From assembly GCA_963662835.3 (NCBI GenBank), contig OZ245367.1, forward strand, positions 5,163 to 69,162: a stretch of DNA of 64,000 bases, read 5' to 3'. Origin of the DNA: Vicinamibacterales bacterium (GTDB lineage Bacteria > Acidobacteriota > Vicinamibacteria > Vicinamibacterales > UBA8438). Below the pieces are notes generated by a model that was not told where the DNA came from, searched no databases, and saw nothing but the letters and a program-made list of their open reading frames with translations. Shown here piece after piece: positions 34,842 through 43,756 of the stretch; within the stretch, counting starts at the first letter, position 1; each line of letters opens with the position of its first letter. The translations under genes were made by a program, and so were the position numbers.

Positions 34842-35565
34842 TCATCCTTCCTTGTGCTGGAGGTGCAGCCGCGCGGCCCGGATGGTCCGCGGGATGTAGG
34901 CGCCCGCGCACTGCGGGTCGAAACCTCGCGCGGCCGCGAGGGTGGCCGCGATCGTGTGGTCGCCGGCTCCGGTCTCGAGCAGCCGGCACGCGATCGCGAA
35001 GTCCCGCCGGCTCCGGTCCGGATCGTCCCGGCCGGTGGCCTCCCCGCCCGCCGCGGCCAGCTCCCCTCGCCCGCCGGAGTGCTGGCCGATCAGCGGCTCC
35101 ACGGCGCGGGGAATCGGCGTGACCGCCGACGGCGACCTCGAGCGCAGCGCCGCGAAGAACGGGGGGCCGTCTCCGGCGCAGCCGGGCGCCCGGTTCGTCG
35201 TGCCGGGCAGATGGCCGAGCTGTACGGCGCGAACGGCCCCGGCGTCGCCGCCGGCCTCCCGGGTGAACAACCGGGCAGCCGCTGTACGGGCGGCAGCGTC
35301 GAGCGGCGCGGCGAGCCTCAGCCACGCTTCGAAGACGCCCGGCGACGACTCGACGACCAGGCCCGGGGCGGCCGCCAGGCGGCCGAGCCCGGCCCGGGCC
35401 AGCGGGCCGGCGAGCACCCAGCTCGTCCGGCCGATGGCCTCCGCCGGCCGGATGTAGCAGGAGCTGCCGGTCGCGTTGCGCGCCGCGAGCCACCCGAACG
35501 CCTTCCGGACCTCCGGCGCCGTCCACGTCTTGCGGAACGACATGCGCCCGGTCTCGTGGTTCAGG
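34842..35565 (-). pseudogene. repB: RepB-type primase, 3' part (gene split by IS21-family insertion)
   Basis: WTAPEVRKAFGWLAARNATGSSCYIRPAEA...PGLVVESSPGVFEAWLRL...LGHLPGTTNR parallels RSF1010 RepB' (WSAAEV..WLKRMNAQGNDVYIRPAEQ..PALVVETSPKNYQAWVKV..GRLAGFTNRK). Confidence 0.75.
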
Positions 35566-35669
35566 TGATCAACGACAATTATTTTTGCCGGTCGACGAGG
35601 CGCTGATCGGCCCGTCGCGGGGACACGCGCGGAGCGTGTGACACTGCCCGTTTCCTCGCGGAGGACGGG

Positions 35670-37157
35670 TTGGTCACCGATGCTCAGGTTCGGCGATTGC
35701 GCGAGAAGCGAATGGCAGGCAAGACGCTGGCGGCGGCCGCGGCGGCGGCCGGGATGAGCGAGCGGGCGGCGCGCAAGTGGCAGAGCGGGCCGTTGCCGTC
35801 GACGGCGAAGGCGTCGCGGTGGTGGCGCACGCGGGAGGACCCGTTCGCCGACGTGTGGCAGTCGGAGGTCGTGCCGCAGCTGGTGGCCGACACCGACGGA
35901 CGGCTGCAGGTGCTGACGCTGTTCAAGGCGCTGTGCCGGCGACATCCGGGCCGTTTTCAGCCGGGGCAGCTGCGGACCCTGCAGCGGCGGATCCGCGAGT
36001 GGCGGATTCAGTACGGTCCCGACCGCGAGGTGTACTTCGAGCAGGTTCCGGTCCCGGGTCGGGAAGCGGCGTTCGACTTCACCGACTTGAGCGACCTGGG
36101 GGTGACGCTTCGAGGCGTGGCGTTCCCGCACCTGCTGTTCGAGTGGGTGCTGAGCTACAGCCGGTGGACGTATGTGGGGCTGGCGCTGAGCGAGACGTTC
36201 GAGGCGCTGGTGTCGGGGCTGCAGGGCGCGCTGTGGACGCTGGGGGCGGTGCCGGCGGTGCTTCGTCACGACAACCTGTCGGCGGCGACGCACGAGCTGC
36301 GGCGCAGCGGCGGCCGTCAGTTGACGGTGCGGTTCCGGCAGGTGCTGGACCACTACGGGCTGCGCTCGTCGCGGATCCAGCCGGGGAAGCCGCACGAGAA
36401 CGGGGTGGCCGAGCAGGCGCACTTCCGGACGGCGACGGCTATAGAGCAGGCGTTGCTGTTGCGGGGCGAGAGGGACTTCGTCGACGAGGCGGCGTACCTG
36501 CGCTTCGTGCGCGCGGCCGTCGACGAGGAGCGGAATGCACCGGCGGCGGCCCGGCTGGCCGAGGAGCGTCCGTATCTGCGTCCGTTGCCGTCGGGTCGGG
36601 TCCCGGAGCACACGACGTTCGAGTGCCGGGTGCGGAAGTGGAGCACGATCCGGGTCGGCGGCCGGGTCTATTCGGTGCCGTCGCGGTTGATCGGTCACAC
36701 GGTCGAGGCGCGCCAGCATCCGTCGACGGTGGAGGTCCTCTACGGGGGGCGGGTGCTGTGCACGATGCCGCGTCTGCGGGGCGAGGCGGAGCACCGCATC
36801 GACTACCGCCACATCATCGGGAGTCTGGTCCGGAAACCGGGCGCGTTCGCGCGGTATCGCTTCCGGGAGGAGCTGTTCCCGTCGCTCGTGTTCCGGGCGG
36901 CGTATGACGTGCTCGGCCGGACGCACGGCGAGCGGGCCGACGTCGAGTACGTGCGCCTGTTGCACCTGGCGGCCACGACCAGCGAGCGGCGGGTGGAGGC
37001 GACGCTTCGCGCCCGTCTCGACGCCGGCGACCCCTGCGACTACGCGGGCGTGCAGGCCCAGGTTCGTCCGCCGGTTCCAACCATTCCCGTGGTCCGCGTT
37101 CCCCGCCCGGATCTCGCGCAGTACGACGCGCTGATCACCGGAGGTCTGGTCGGATGA
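35670..37157 (+). CDS. istA: IS21-family transposase IstA
   Basis: A 495-aa ORF with an HTH N-terminus and a DDE core (..VLRHDNLSAATH..PGKPHENGVAEQ). It overlaps istB by 4 nt. Confidence 0.85.
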   Translation: MVTDAQVRRLREKRMAGKTLAAAAAAAGMSERAARKWQSGPLPSTAKASRWWRTREDPFADVWQSEVVPQLVADTDGRLQVLTLFKALCRRHPGRFQPGQLRTLQRRIREWRIQYGPDREVYFEQVPVPGREAAFDFTDLSDLGVTLRGVAFPHLLFEWVLSYSRWTYVGLALSETFEALVSGLQGALWTLGAVPAVLRHDNLSAATHELRRSGGRQLTVRFRQVLDHYGLRSSRIQPGKPHENGVAEQAHFRTATAIEQALLLRGERDFVDEAAYLRFVRAAVDEERNAPAAARLAEERPYLRPLPSGRVPEHTTFECRVRKWSTIRVGGRVYSVPSRLIGHTVEARQHPSTVEVLYGGRVLCTMPRLRGEAEHRIDYRHIIGSLVRKPGAFARYRFREELFPSLVFRAAYDVLGRTHGERADVEYVRLLHLAATTSERRVEATLRARLDAGDPCDYAGVQAQVRPPVPTIPVVRVPRPDLAQYDALITGGLVG

Positions 37158-37966
37158 CGGCGGCGAGCACGCAGGTGACGTCGCTGCTGACGCAGTTCGG
37201 GCTGACGACGGCGGCCGAGGAGATGGTGCCGCGGCTGACGCAGGCCGGTCACCCCGAGGCGATGCCGGTGCTGGTCGAGGTGTTCGAGGCGGAAGCCGAA
37301 GCGCGCCGCCAGCGCCGGATCACGCGGTTGCGTCGCGCGTCGCGGTTGCCGCCGGGCAAGACGTTCGCGACGCTCGACACCGGGAGGTTCCCGGCGCCGG
37401 TCGCGCAGCAGCTGGAGACGCTGGCCACCGGGGCGTTCCTCGAGACGGCGGCCAACGTGCTCGCGTTTGGCCTGCCGGGCGTGGGCAAGAGCCACGCGCT
37501 CTGCGCCGTCGGGCACGCGCTGGTCGAGGCCGGCCACAGCGTGCTGTGCGCCCCGGCCTACGCCTTGGTGCAGGAGCTGCTCGGCGCGAAACGCGACCTC
37601 GACCTGCCTCGCGCCCTCCGGAAGCTCGACCTCTTCGAGGTCATTTTGCTTGACGATCTGGGCTACGTTCAGCAGAGCTCGGACGAAGCCGAGGTGCTGT
37701 TCACGCTGCTCGCCGAGCGCTACGAGCGCCGTTCGGTGATGGTGACGAGCAACCTGATGTTCAGCCAGTGGGACCGCATCTTCCGCGACCAGATGGCCAC
37801 GGCCGCGGCGATCGACCGCTTGGTCCACCACGCGGTAGTGATCGAGTTCGACGTCCCGAGCTACCGGACGGACCGGTCCCGCCGAAAATCGCCGCCGGCA
37901 CCTGCTCCCCGGGGACGTGCCCCGGGCCCGCTGCTGCCCCGAGCTCGCCGCCGGTCGACCTCGTGA
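37154..37966 (+). CDS. istB: IS21-family ATP-binding helper IstB
   Basis: Walker A GLPGVGKSHA and Walker B ILLDDLGY, in the typical IstB architecture. Confidence 0.85.
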   Translation: MTAASTQVTSLLTQFGLTTAAEEMVPRLTQAGHPEAMPVLVEVFEAEAEARRQRRITRLRRASRLPPGKTFATLDTGRFPAPVAQQLETLATGAFLETAANVLAFGLPGVGKSHALCAVGHALVEAGHSVLCAPAYALVQELLGAKRDLDLPRALRKLDLFEVILLDDLGYVQQSSDEAEVLFTLLAERYERRSVMVTSNLMFSQWDRIFRDQMATAAAIDRLVHHAVVIEFDVPSYRTDRSRRKSPPAPAPRGRAPGPLLPRARRRSTS

Positions 37967-38228
37967 ACGCCCAGCCGGTGCCGCTTCGACCGTCGTGCTC
38001 TCCCGTTCGAACGGCGTAGCTGCGGGCCGGCCGGCGTGTCAACGCGCTGGTGCGCGTCCTCCGCTCCGCTCCGGCCCGTCGGGTGGCACACCGTCCGTCC
38101 CGCCACTCAGATTGCAGTTATGGGCCTTGCGGCCCGGCCTGGACGGGGGCGTCCCGGCCGCCAATGACGTCTCACGTCACCGGCAAAAATAGTCGGCGCG
38201 AACCGGCAAAAGTAGTTGACGCTGAACA

Positions 38229-38319
38229 TCAGGCAGCCGAGGTCGAACGCCGACACCTCCGGCGCAACGCTGAACGTCTCGAGCATCTGGGCGATCTGGC
38301 GCCGGCTCGCAGGGTGCAT
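38229..38319 (-). pseudogene. repB: RepB-type primase, 5' part
   Basis: MHPASRRQIAQMLETFSVAPEVSAFDLGCL parallels RQLKAMGCERFDIGVRD of RSF1010 RepB'. Removing the IS and one TCAGG copy joins it in frame to 35565. Confidence 0.7.
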
Positions 38320-38327
38320 CCCGGCCG

Positions 38328-40400
38328 CTACCTCGTCAGCTCGGGCCCCGGGCGCGCCCGGTCTCTGGCCGGGCGGAACTGCTCCACAGGCATCTCGAGC
38401 CGTTCGCGCTGACGCTGGTCTTCCCGCTCCCGCGCTTCGTCGCGCCGCAGCGTGTCGTGCCGCACGAGCACGTCCCAGTGGCGTTGCCACTGGCGACGCT
38501 CGGCGCGCATCTGGCGGTCGAGACGCTGCGCATCGTCGCCGCACGCCTGCCGGATCGCGCCGTCCTCGAGGGTCCGCTTCCCCTTCTCGCCGGCGAACCG
38601 GCGGTAGCGAAGCGTCTGCCGGACCTCCGCGGCCGCCTTGAGGGACCGCTCCGCGATCCGCTCCGCGTCGAAGGCTGCCCGGTACCGCCGCGGCAGGCTG
38701 CCGGCGTAGTCCGCCGCGTGGACCGCCGCGTCCGGGCTGGCCTCCCCCGCCGGGGCCAGCGCGCGCGGCAACGGCTTCGGCTCCGCCCGGCTCCCGCGGA
38801 AATCGTCTGTCTCGAACATCCCCCGGACCACCTGCCGCCAGACATGGAGGCCGGAGACGTTGACATTCCCCGCCAGCGCCGCCGGCAGCGGTTTCTCCGT
38901 GAGGTCCTCGAGGATCGCCCGGTCGCCGCCGGCGTCGGGCCAACGCGCCTGGTAGCGCTCCCACAAGGTGGGCGCCGGCCGCGGTTGCCGCGGCGGCGGC
39001 GTGGAGGCCTCGGCCCTGGTCGAGGTCCGGGCGGCCTCGCGCTCGGGCGCGGCGTCGGGCCTGAGGCCGAGCCGCTCGAGTAACTGGCGCGCGCAACCCA
39101 GGAGCCAGTCCGCGATCCGGCGGATCCTGCCCGCCGGGGCGGGCTGCAGGGGGAACTTGGAGCGCTCGTGTTCGCGCTTCCTCGCGTCCTCGCCGCGCTT
39201 GCTGGCGGCCGCCCGTGCCTGCTCGTGGGCCAGCGTCTGCCGCCGCTGCAACTCGATGTGCCGCTCGACCTCCGACCACGTCGCGGCCGTCTCGCGGGGA
39301 TGCTCCTCCTCGGCGCGGGCGGCGATGATGGCCGTCGCAACCTCGCGGGGCGGGAGGATGGCCGCCGGACGGCGCGCCGGCGGCAGGACCTCGGGGCGGC
39401 GCACTGGCGGCAGGACCCGCGGCGTCCCCCGCCGCGGGGGCAGGACCTCGGGACCCTTTCTCGCCGGCGGCAGGACCTCCGGCGCTCTCCTGACGGGCGG
39501 CAGAACCTCGTGGGCGCCCGCCGCGGGCAGGACCTCGGGCCGGAACGGCGACGGCGACGGCACCGGCCGAGGCGCGGGGCGGCCGCGGACGGCCGCGTGT
39601 CGCTCCCGCTCGAGCATCTCCGTCACCGTCAACCCGTCGTTCACCCGGGTGGCGATCTCGGCGACGGCCCGCAGCGTGCGCCTGTCCGGCGCTGGCTCGC
39701 CCGGCGTCGAGACCGCGACCGTCTCGCGGATCGTCTCGCGGGTCTGCTCGACCAACCGGGCGCGCTTGACCGCGCACAGCGCCGGTCCGAGGTGGTGGCC
39801 GGGGGCCTCGCTCGTCCAGTCCAGCTCGACGCCGCGGCCGCGGCAGACCTCCGACCAGATCGACTTGTGCCGCGCCACCAGGTCCGGGCCGCCGTCCTGC
39901 GGGTTGTCCTGTTCGCGGTCGCGCTTGCGCGAGAACGTCAGCCCCTCGACGTGCCGCCCCGGATAGAGGACGTGCGCGTGGTGGTTCCTCCCGCCCCGGT
40001 CCGGCTTGTGCAGCGCGAAGTGGACGACCGTGTTGTGCTCGGCCGCGAGCCGGTCCGCGTAGGCCTGGACCGCCTGCTCGGCCACGCCGGCCTCGACCAG
40101 CTCGACCGGGATCCCCACCACGTCGTCGCGGCACTGCCGGCTGTTCTTGCGCTTGTCGACCGCCTCGATGCGGTGCGCCCACTTGACCGGGTCGCGCCAG
40201 CTCCGGTCGGTCCCAGCCGGGGCCGCCCAGCCGGTGGCGGCGATGCCGGTCCGCCGGGTGTAGTCGAAGCGCCGCGGCTCGCCGTCGGCGCCCGAGATGG
40301 TGCTCTCGGCGGCCAGGCCCATGCGGTAGCACGTCGCGCCGGTGGCCGTGTGGCCCTTGCTGCGCGTCTGCACCATGGTCCGCATGAAGGCGTATGCCAT
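38328..40400 (-). CDS. mobA: MobA/MobL-family (MobQ-type) relaxase with Pro-rich repeat linker
   Basis: MAYAFMRTMVQTRSKGHTATGATCYRMG..FDYTRR..IEAVDKRKNSRQCRDDVVGIPVEL..HFALHKPDRGGRNHHAHVLYPGR carries the relaxase motifs. The central PEVLPP(A/V)RR tandem repeats lie at ~39350-39560. Confidence 0.8.
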   Translation of the reverse strand: MAYAFMRTMVQTRSKGHTATGATCYRMGLAAESTISGADGEPRRFDYTRRTGIAATGWAAPAGTDRSWRDPVKWAHRIEAVDKRKNSRQCRDDVVGIPVELVEAGVAEQAVQAYADRLAAEHNTVVHFALHKPDRGGRNHHAHVLYPGRHVEGLTFSRKRDREQDNPQDGGPDLVARHKSIWSEVCRGRGVELDWTSEAPGHHLGPALCAVKRARLVEQTRETIRETVAVSTPGEPAPDRRTLRAVAEIATRVNDGLTVTEMLERERHAAVRGRPAPRPVPSPSPFRPEVLPAAGAHEVLPPVRRAPEVLPPARKGPEVLPPRRGTPRVLPPVRRPEVLPPARRPAAILPPREVATAIIAARAEEEHPRETAATWSEVERHIELQRRQTLAHEQARAAASKRGEDARKREHERSKFPLQPAPAGRIRRIADWLLGCARQLLERLGLRPDAAPEREAARTSTRAEASTPPPRQPRPAPTLWERYQARWPDAGGDRAILEDLTEKPLPAALAGNVNVSGLHVWRQVVRGMFETDDFRGSRAEPKPLPRALAPAGEASPDAAVHAADYAGSLPRRYRAAFDAERIAERSLKAAAEVRQTLRYRRFAGEKGKRTLEDGAIRQACGDDAQRLDRQMRAERRQWQRHWDVLVRHDTLRRDEAREREDQRQRERLEMPVEQFRPARDRARPGPELTR

Positions 40401-40447
40401 CTCGTCGTCGCCTGCCGCAGGCTCGTGAACGCAACGGCCACAGGCCG

Positions 40448-40481
40448 GCAAAGTGCGCCAGCACTTTGCGTATTGCGCCCC
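40448..40481 (+). other. putative oriT (inverted repeat + MobQ-type nick core)
   Basis: GCAAAGTGC-gcca-GCACTTTGC is followed directly by GTATTGCGCCCC. Compare the RSF1010 IR plus TAAGTGCGCCCT and the pTi-type ..TAATTGCGCCCT cores. It lies 48 nt upstream of mobA on the opposite strand. Confidence 0.55.
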
Positions 40482-40630
40482 GTTAAACTGCTGGCCCCGA
40501 GGGGAAGTGTACCATGGCCGGCCCCCCGCCGGCCCGTTCGCCAAGCCCTCGAGGCCTTCCCGACTTCCTCGGGTCGTGCCCCCTGTGGGACTCGTAGCCC
40601 TGTTTGGCTCCTCGTGGCACACCTGGGCAC

Positions 40631-40747
40631 ATGCAGGCGGAAACGACCGTCCGCTTCCGGCTCGACGCCGAGCTGCGCCGGCTCCGCGACCGGCTCCTCG
40701 ACGAGGAGGACGCTAGAGGCCCAGCCCCACCGCGACCGAGGCCGTGA
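40631..40747 (+). pseudogene. possible truncated RHH relaxosome accessory gene (MobC-position)
   Basis: MQAETTVRFRLDAELRRLRDRLLDEE has an RHH-like beta-strand and helix. It is divergent from mobA across oriT. It is only 38 codons long and runs into an unrelated fragment. Confidence 0.25.
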
Positions 40748-41000
40748 AATCCCCGGCGATCCTGACCCGGGCCTCGGGAGCGATGAACCAGCGCCGGCTC
40801 TCGCTCCACAGCCTCAGCCCGCCGCCGACACCTGGCGAGCGAGCGAATCCGGTGTAAGCGGGACCCGGCCCGAGCGTATGCCGGTAGTAGCTGAACGCGC
40901 CGACGACGATGTAGGGCACCGACCCGTCGACAGGGCCGAAGCTCTTGACGACGCCCAGCGTGAGCGACTGGTCCGAGTGCGCCCGTTGGCGGCTGGCCGT
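40713..41000 (-). pseudogene. outer-membrane beta-barrel protein C-terminal fragment
   Basis: ..GVVKSFGPVDGSVPYIVVGAFSYYRHTLGPGPAYTGFARSPGVGGGLRLWSESRRWFIAPEARVRIAGDFTASVAVGLGL shows an alternating beta-strand pattern. The upstream part of the ORF looks non-coding. Confidence 0.3.
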
Positions 41001-41184
41001 CGCGGCCGTGGTCGTGTGGTCGTACTCGATCGCCTGGGCATGCTGCGCTCGCGGGCGTGGACACCTGGAGCCTCGTCGGCAGGCCGCCGCGGCCCTGCAG
41101 GCCCGAATCCGAGCGGCCGATAGTACGCCCAGCGGGCGGGACCACCGCAACCTGACCGCGGCGGCGGCGAAGGGCGAGAGACAA

Positions 41185-41325
41185 ATGGCGTTGCTGTTCG
41201 TGTTCGGCTTCGGCGTGGCGCTCGGGCTCGCGACGATGTACGCGATCTGCAACCTAGGGTTGGCCAACAAGTCCGAACGCGAAGAGCTCAGCCAACTACT
41301 CGGCTGGTCTGCCCGGCGCGGATAA
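41185..41325 (+). CDS. small membrane protein
   Basis: MALLFVFGFGVALGLATMYAICNLGL forms a TM helix. The product is 46 aa. Confidence 0.3.
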   Translation: MALLFVFGFGVALGLATMYAICNLGLANKSEREELSQLLGWSARRG

Positions 41326-41336
41326 AATCCGGGGCC

Positions 41337-41534
41337 ATGGCCGAACGGCGCTGGCGCATCCACAGGCTCGGCCGCGGACTGTTCGAGATCGCCGTCGACG
41401 ACGGCGACGGCTTCCGCCCGGCCACGACCGCCGAGGTCGACGCGGCGCTGCGCCAGCGTGAGTTGTTCGGGGCGGCCGAGGTGGCCGAGCAGCCGGACGG
41501 TCCCGCCGGCGGGAGGCAACGGCGGGACGCCTGA
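41337..41534 (+). CDS. hypothetical small protein
   Basis: A 65-aa ORF 11 nt after the previous stop. I recognised no motif. Confidence 0.3.
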   Translation: MAERRWRIHRLGRGLFEIAVDDGDGFRPATTAEVDAALRQRELFGAAEVAEQPDGPAGGRQRRDA

Positions 41535-41799
41535 CCTTCCAGGCAACCTACCCGCCGCCGGGCCGGAACAACCTCAGGTCGACGACGCGGGTTGCTTCAG
41601 ACACCGCCGGCCGGCGGGCCGGCAGCACGATGTTCCCCGCGGCCGAGCTGGCGCCCCGCGACCAGCGCTTCGGCCACCTCGGGCAGCCGCCCGCCGTGGA
41701 GCCGGCACAGCGCCTCGCCTCTGGGCAACGCCGGCCGCACGCCGCAGCGCGAGCAGCAGTGCCAGTAGCGACCAGGCACCCCGAGCGCCGCCTTCCGCC

Positions 41800-42275
41800 A
41801 CGCCGTTGTTGGCGTCGATGAACGCGGTGATGTCGGTGTTGAAGAACACGAAGCCGGGAACGTCCCAGGAGAGCCGCGCGCCCGGCAGGTACTTGAAGAA
41901 ATCGGCGTCGCCGCCGAAGTTGATGCCGCCGATGAGCTGGACGTCCCGCAGCGGTCCGGCGCCGACCTGCCGCCGGGAGATCCGGCTGAGGCTCAGCGTC
42001 GGATACCACTCGCCGTACAACTCGACGTCGTTGAAGCCGTCCGGACGGTTGTCGTCGAGATAATCGATGAAGAAGAAGCTCTCGCCGAGCGACCAGGCTG
42101 CGGCCTGCTGAATGGTGAGGATGGAGCTGGCCACCCCGTCGCCCGAGAACGGATTGACGAGCTTGCCGTACTGGTAGTGGAACTCCATCTGGGCCGAGGC
42201 CGCGGCGGGCGCCGCCAGCACGAGCGCCGCGGCGACCGCGGAACGGACCAACGACCGGATATTCACAATGGACAT
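41800..42275 (-). pseudogene. Tsx-like outer-membrane channel, 3'-truncated
   Basis: The signal peptide is MSIVNIRSLVRSAVAAALVLAAPAAASAQ. It is followed by MEFHYQYGKL..ESFFFIDYLDD..ELYGEWYPTLSLSRI..GPLRDVQLIGGINFG, reminiscent of Tsx. Only ~155 aa are plausible before the sequence degenerates. Confidence 0.45.
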
Positions 42276-42352
42276 GCTCCAAAACGGCAGTCTAGCACGC
42301 GTGGTTCGCGGCCCGCCGCGGGCGCCGCGCGAGTCCTGCTCAGGCTTGCGCA

Positions 42353-42716
42353 TCAGGATCCCCAGGCGTAGTTGAGGCGGGCGTAGTAGTACCCGCCGTT
42401 GCTCCCGAACGGCGTGTGCGCGAGAGATCGACGCGCCGGGCGTGAGCAGCGTCAGGCTCATGAAGTTGCGGCCGTCGCTCGGCAGCCCGTCCACCACGTC
42501 CTCGAGCACGCGCTGCGAGCTGGTGACGTCCGCGGTGTCGAGCGTCGGCGGCAGCTCGCTGACGACCGTGACCGTTTCGGCGGTAACGACCCTGAGCCCG
42601 ACGGCCAGGTCGAGCATTTCCCCGACGCGCAGCGTCGCGCCCTCGATGCGCTCGGTGCCGAAGCCGGCGGTCGCCGCCGCCCGTTCCGGCGCGGCGACTG
42701 TCGGCCTCATCACCAC
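42353..42716 (-). pseudogene. TonB-dependent receptor remnant (N-terminal ~100 aa fused to last ~20 aa)
   Basis: ..LRVVTAETVTVVSELPPTLDTADVTSSQRVLEDVVDGLPSDGRNFMSLTLLTPGA matches the carboxypeptidase-regulatory/plug junction motif. A different frame ends FGSNGGYYYARLNYAWGS*. Confidence 0.5.
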
Positions 42717-42802
42717 CCTCGATAACCAGCCTTCGGTGTCTCCGGCGGCCTTCCCGCCCGGTCGGCCGTTCCCGTGGAGCGGGCCTGCGGAGCGGCCGCG
42801 TG

Positions 42803-43756
42803 TCAGCGCCCGTATCGGCGCCGGTGCTCCCGGTCGAGGCGCGTCTGCTCGAGGTGGTCTGCGAGGACCTGTAGGGCCTCGACATCGATCTCGCCCTCAG
42901 CCAGCCGCCGGCGTTCGTCGACCTCGTCGAACAACTGTCCCACGGCTCGTGCCCGCGCCGCACATGCGGCCAGGAGCCCGTCGATCCGCCGTTGCCGTGG
43001 GCTGGCCTCGTTGTGTTGTTCGTGCTGCTGCTGCTGGCCGTTGGCGGTCGCGCTTGCGATCCTACGTACTTCAGCAGCAGCGGTACTAGTACTGCTACCC
43101 CCCGTACGTACCCCCAATGGTGATGGGCTCAGCCCATCACTCAAGCCCCCGAGTGATGGGCTGAGCCCATCACTCGGGGTACGGGGTTGAAGGTCCAGCG
43201 TCAGGTTCCTCGCTCGGGCGAGCCGGCGCCGCTCCCGCGCTTGGCGCCGTGCGGTTGTCCACGACAACCCGCCGATGTTCATGGCGAGGCGCTCGGGGGT
43301 CCGCCGGCTCAGTTTGATCGTCCGCAGCAGGCCGATGCTCTTCAGCGCCGTGAGCGTGCGTGCTAGCTCGGCCTGGTCGAGTCCCAGGCGCGGCGCCAGC
43401 TCTCGTTGCGGCAGGCAGATGATGCCAGCTCGGTTGGCGAAATAGTAGAGCGCGAGGCCGACCAGGATCATCCGACTGGCGCTCACTCGCCGCGGTCTGG
43501 AGCGGCTGTCGCCGACGGTTAGGTACGCTGCTTCCCGTAGCGTCTTGCGGACGATGAACTCGACCGCGTCGCGCCAGTACACGCGTTCCGGCGGCTCGCC
43601 GCGGTAGCCGTCGACGATTGCGAAGAACTGAAGCTCGAGTTGCGTTTCGTCGGGGTTTGCGGCCGCCCCTCGTGTGTCTTGCGGATAGTTGGCTAGCCGG
43701 CTAGACTGATCAGCGGGATCCGTGGTGGTCCACGGGTCCGGGGTCGAGGACGGCAT
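42803..43756 (-). CDS. wHTH protein, possible plasmid replication initiator
   Basis: A MarR-like winged helix (QRELAPRLGLDQAELARTLTALKSIGLLRT). It lies between the mob and par modules and contains twin palindromes. The function is inferred from context only. Confidence 0.4.
   Translation of the reverse strand: MPSSTPDPWTTTDPADQSSRLANYPQDTRGAAANPDETQLELQFFAIVDGYRGEPPERVYWRDAVEFIVRKTLREAAYLTVGDSRSRPRRVSASRMILVGLALYYFANRAGIICLPQRELAPRLGLDQAELARTLTALKSIGLLRTIKLSRRTPERLAMNIGGLSWTTARRQARERRRLARARNLTLDLQPRTPSDGLSPSLGGLSDGLSPSPLGVRTGGSSTSTAAAEVRRIASATANGQQQQHEQHNEASPRQRRIDGLLAACAARARAVGQLFDEVDERRRLAEGEIDVEALQVLADHLEQTRLDREHRRRYGR
43121..43175. repeat. two 19-bp palindromes 33 bp apart (iteron/operator-like) inside the ORF
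   Basis: TGATGGGCTCAGCCCATCA (43121-43139) and TGATGGGCTGAGCCCATCA (43154-43172). The second extends to a 25-bp perfect palindrome, GAGTGATGGGCTGAGCCCATCACTC. Confidence 0.8.

Larger units (their letters stand above)
35566..38228 (+). mobile_element. IS21-family insertion sequence, copy A (complete)
   Basis: The ends are TGATCAACGACAATTATTTTTGCCGG and CCGGCAAAAGTAGTTGACGCTGAACA. A 5-bp duplication TCAGG lies at 35561-35565 and 38229-38233. It carries istA and istB. Confidence 0.85.

Noticed and set aside
39350-39560. Periodic ~33-bp repeats (GGCAGGACCTCGG...) that could be mistaken for a mini CRISPR array near cas remnants.
   Set aside because: The period is too short for repeat plus spacer, the units are imperfect, and they lie inside the relaxase ORF encoding PEVLPP repeats.
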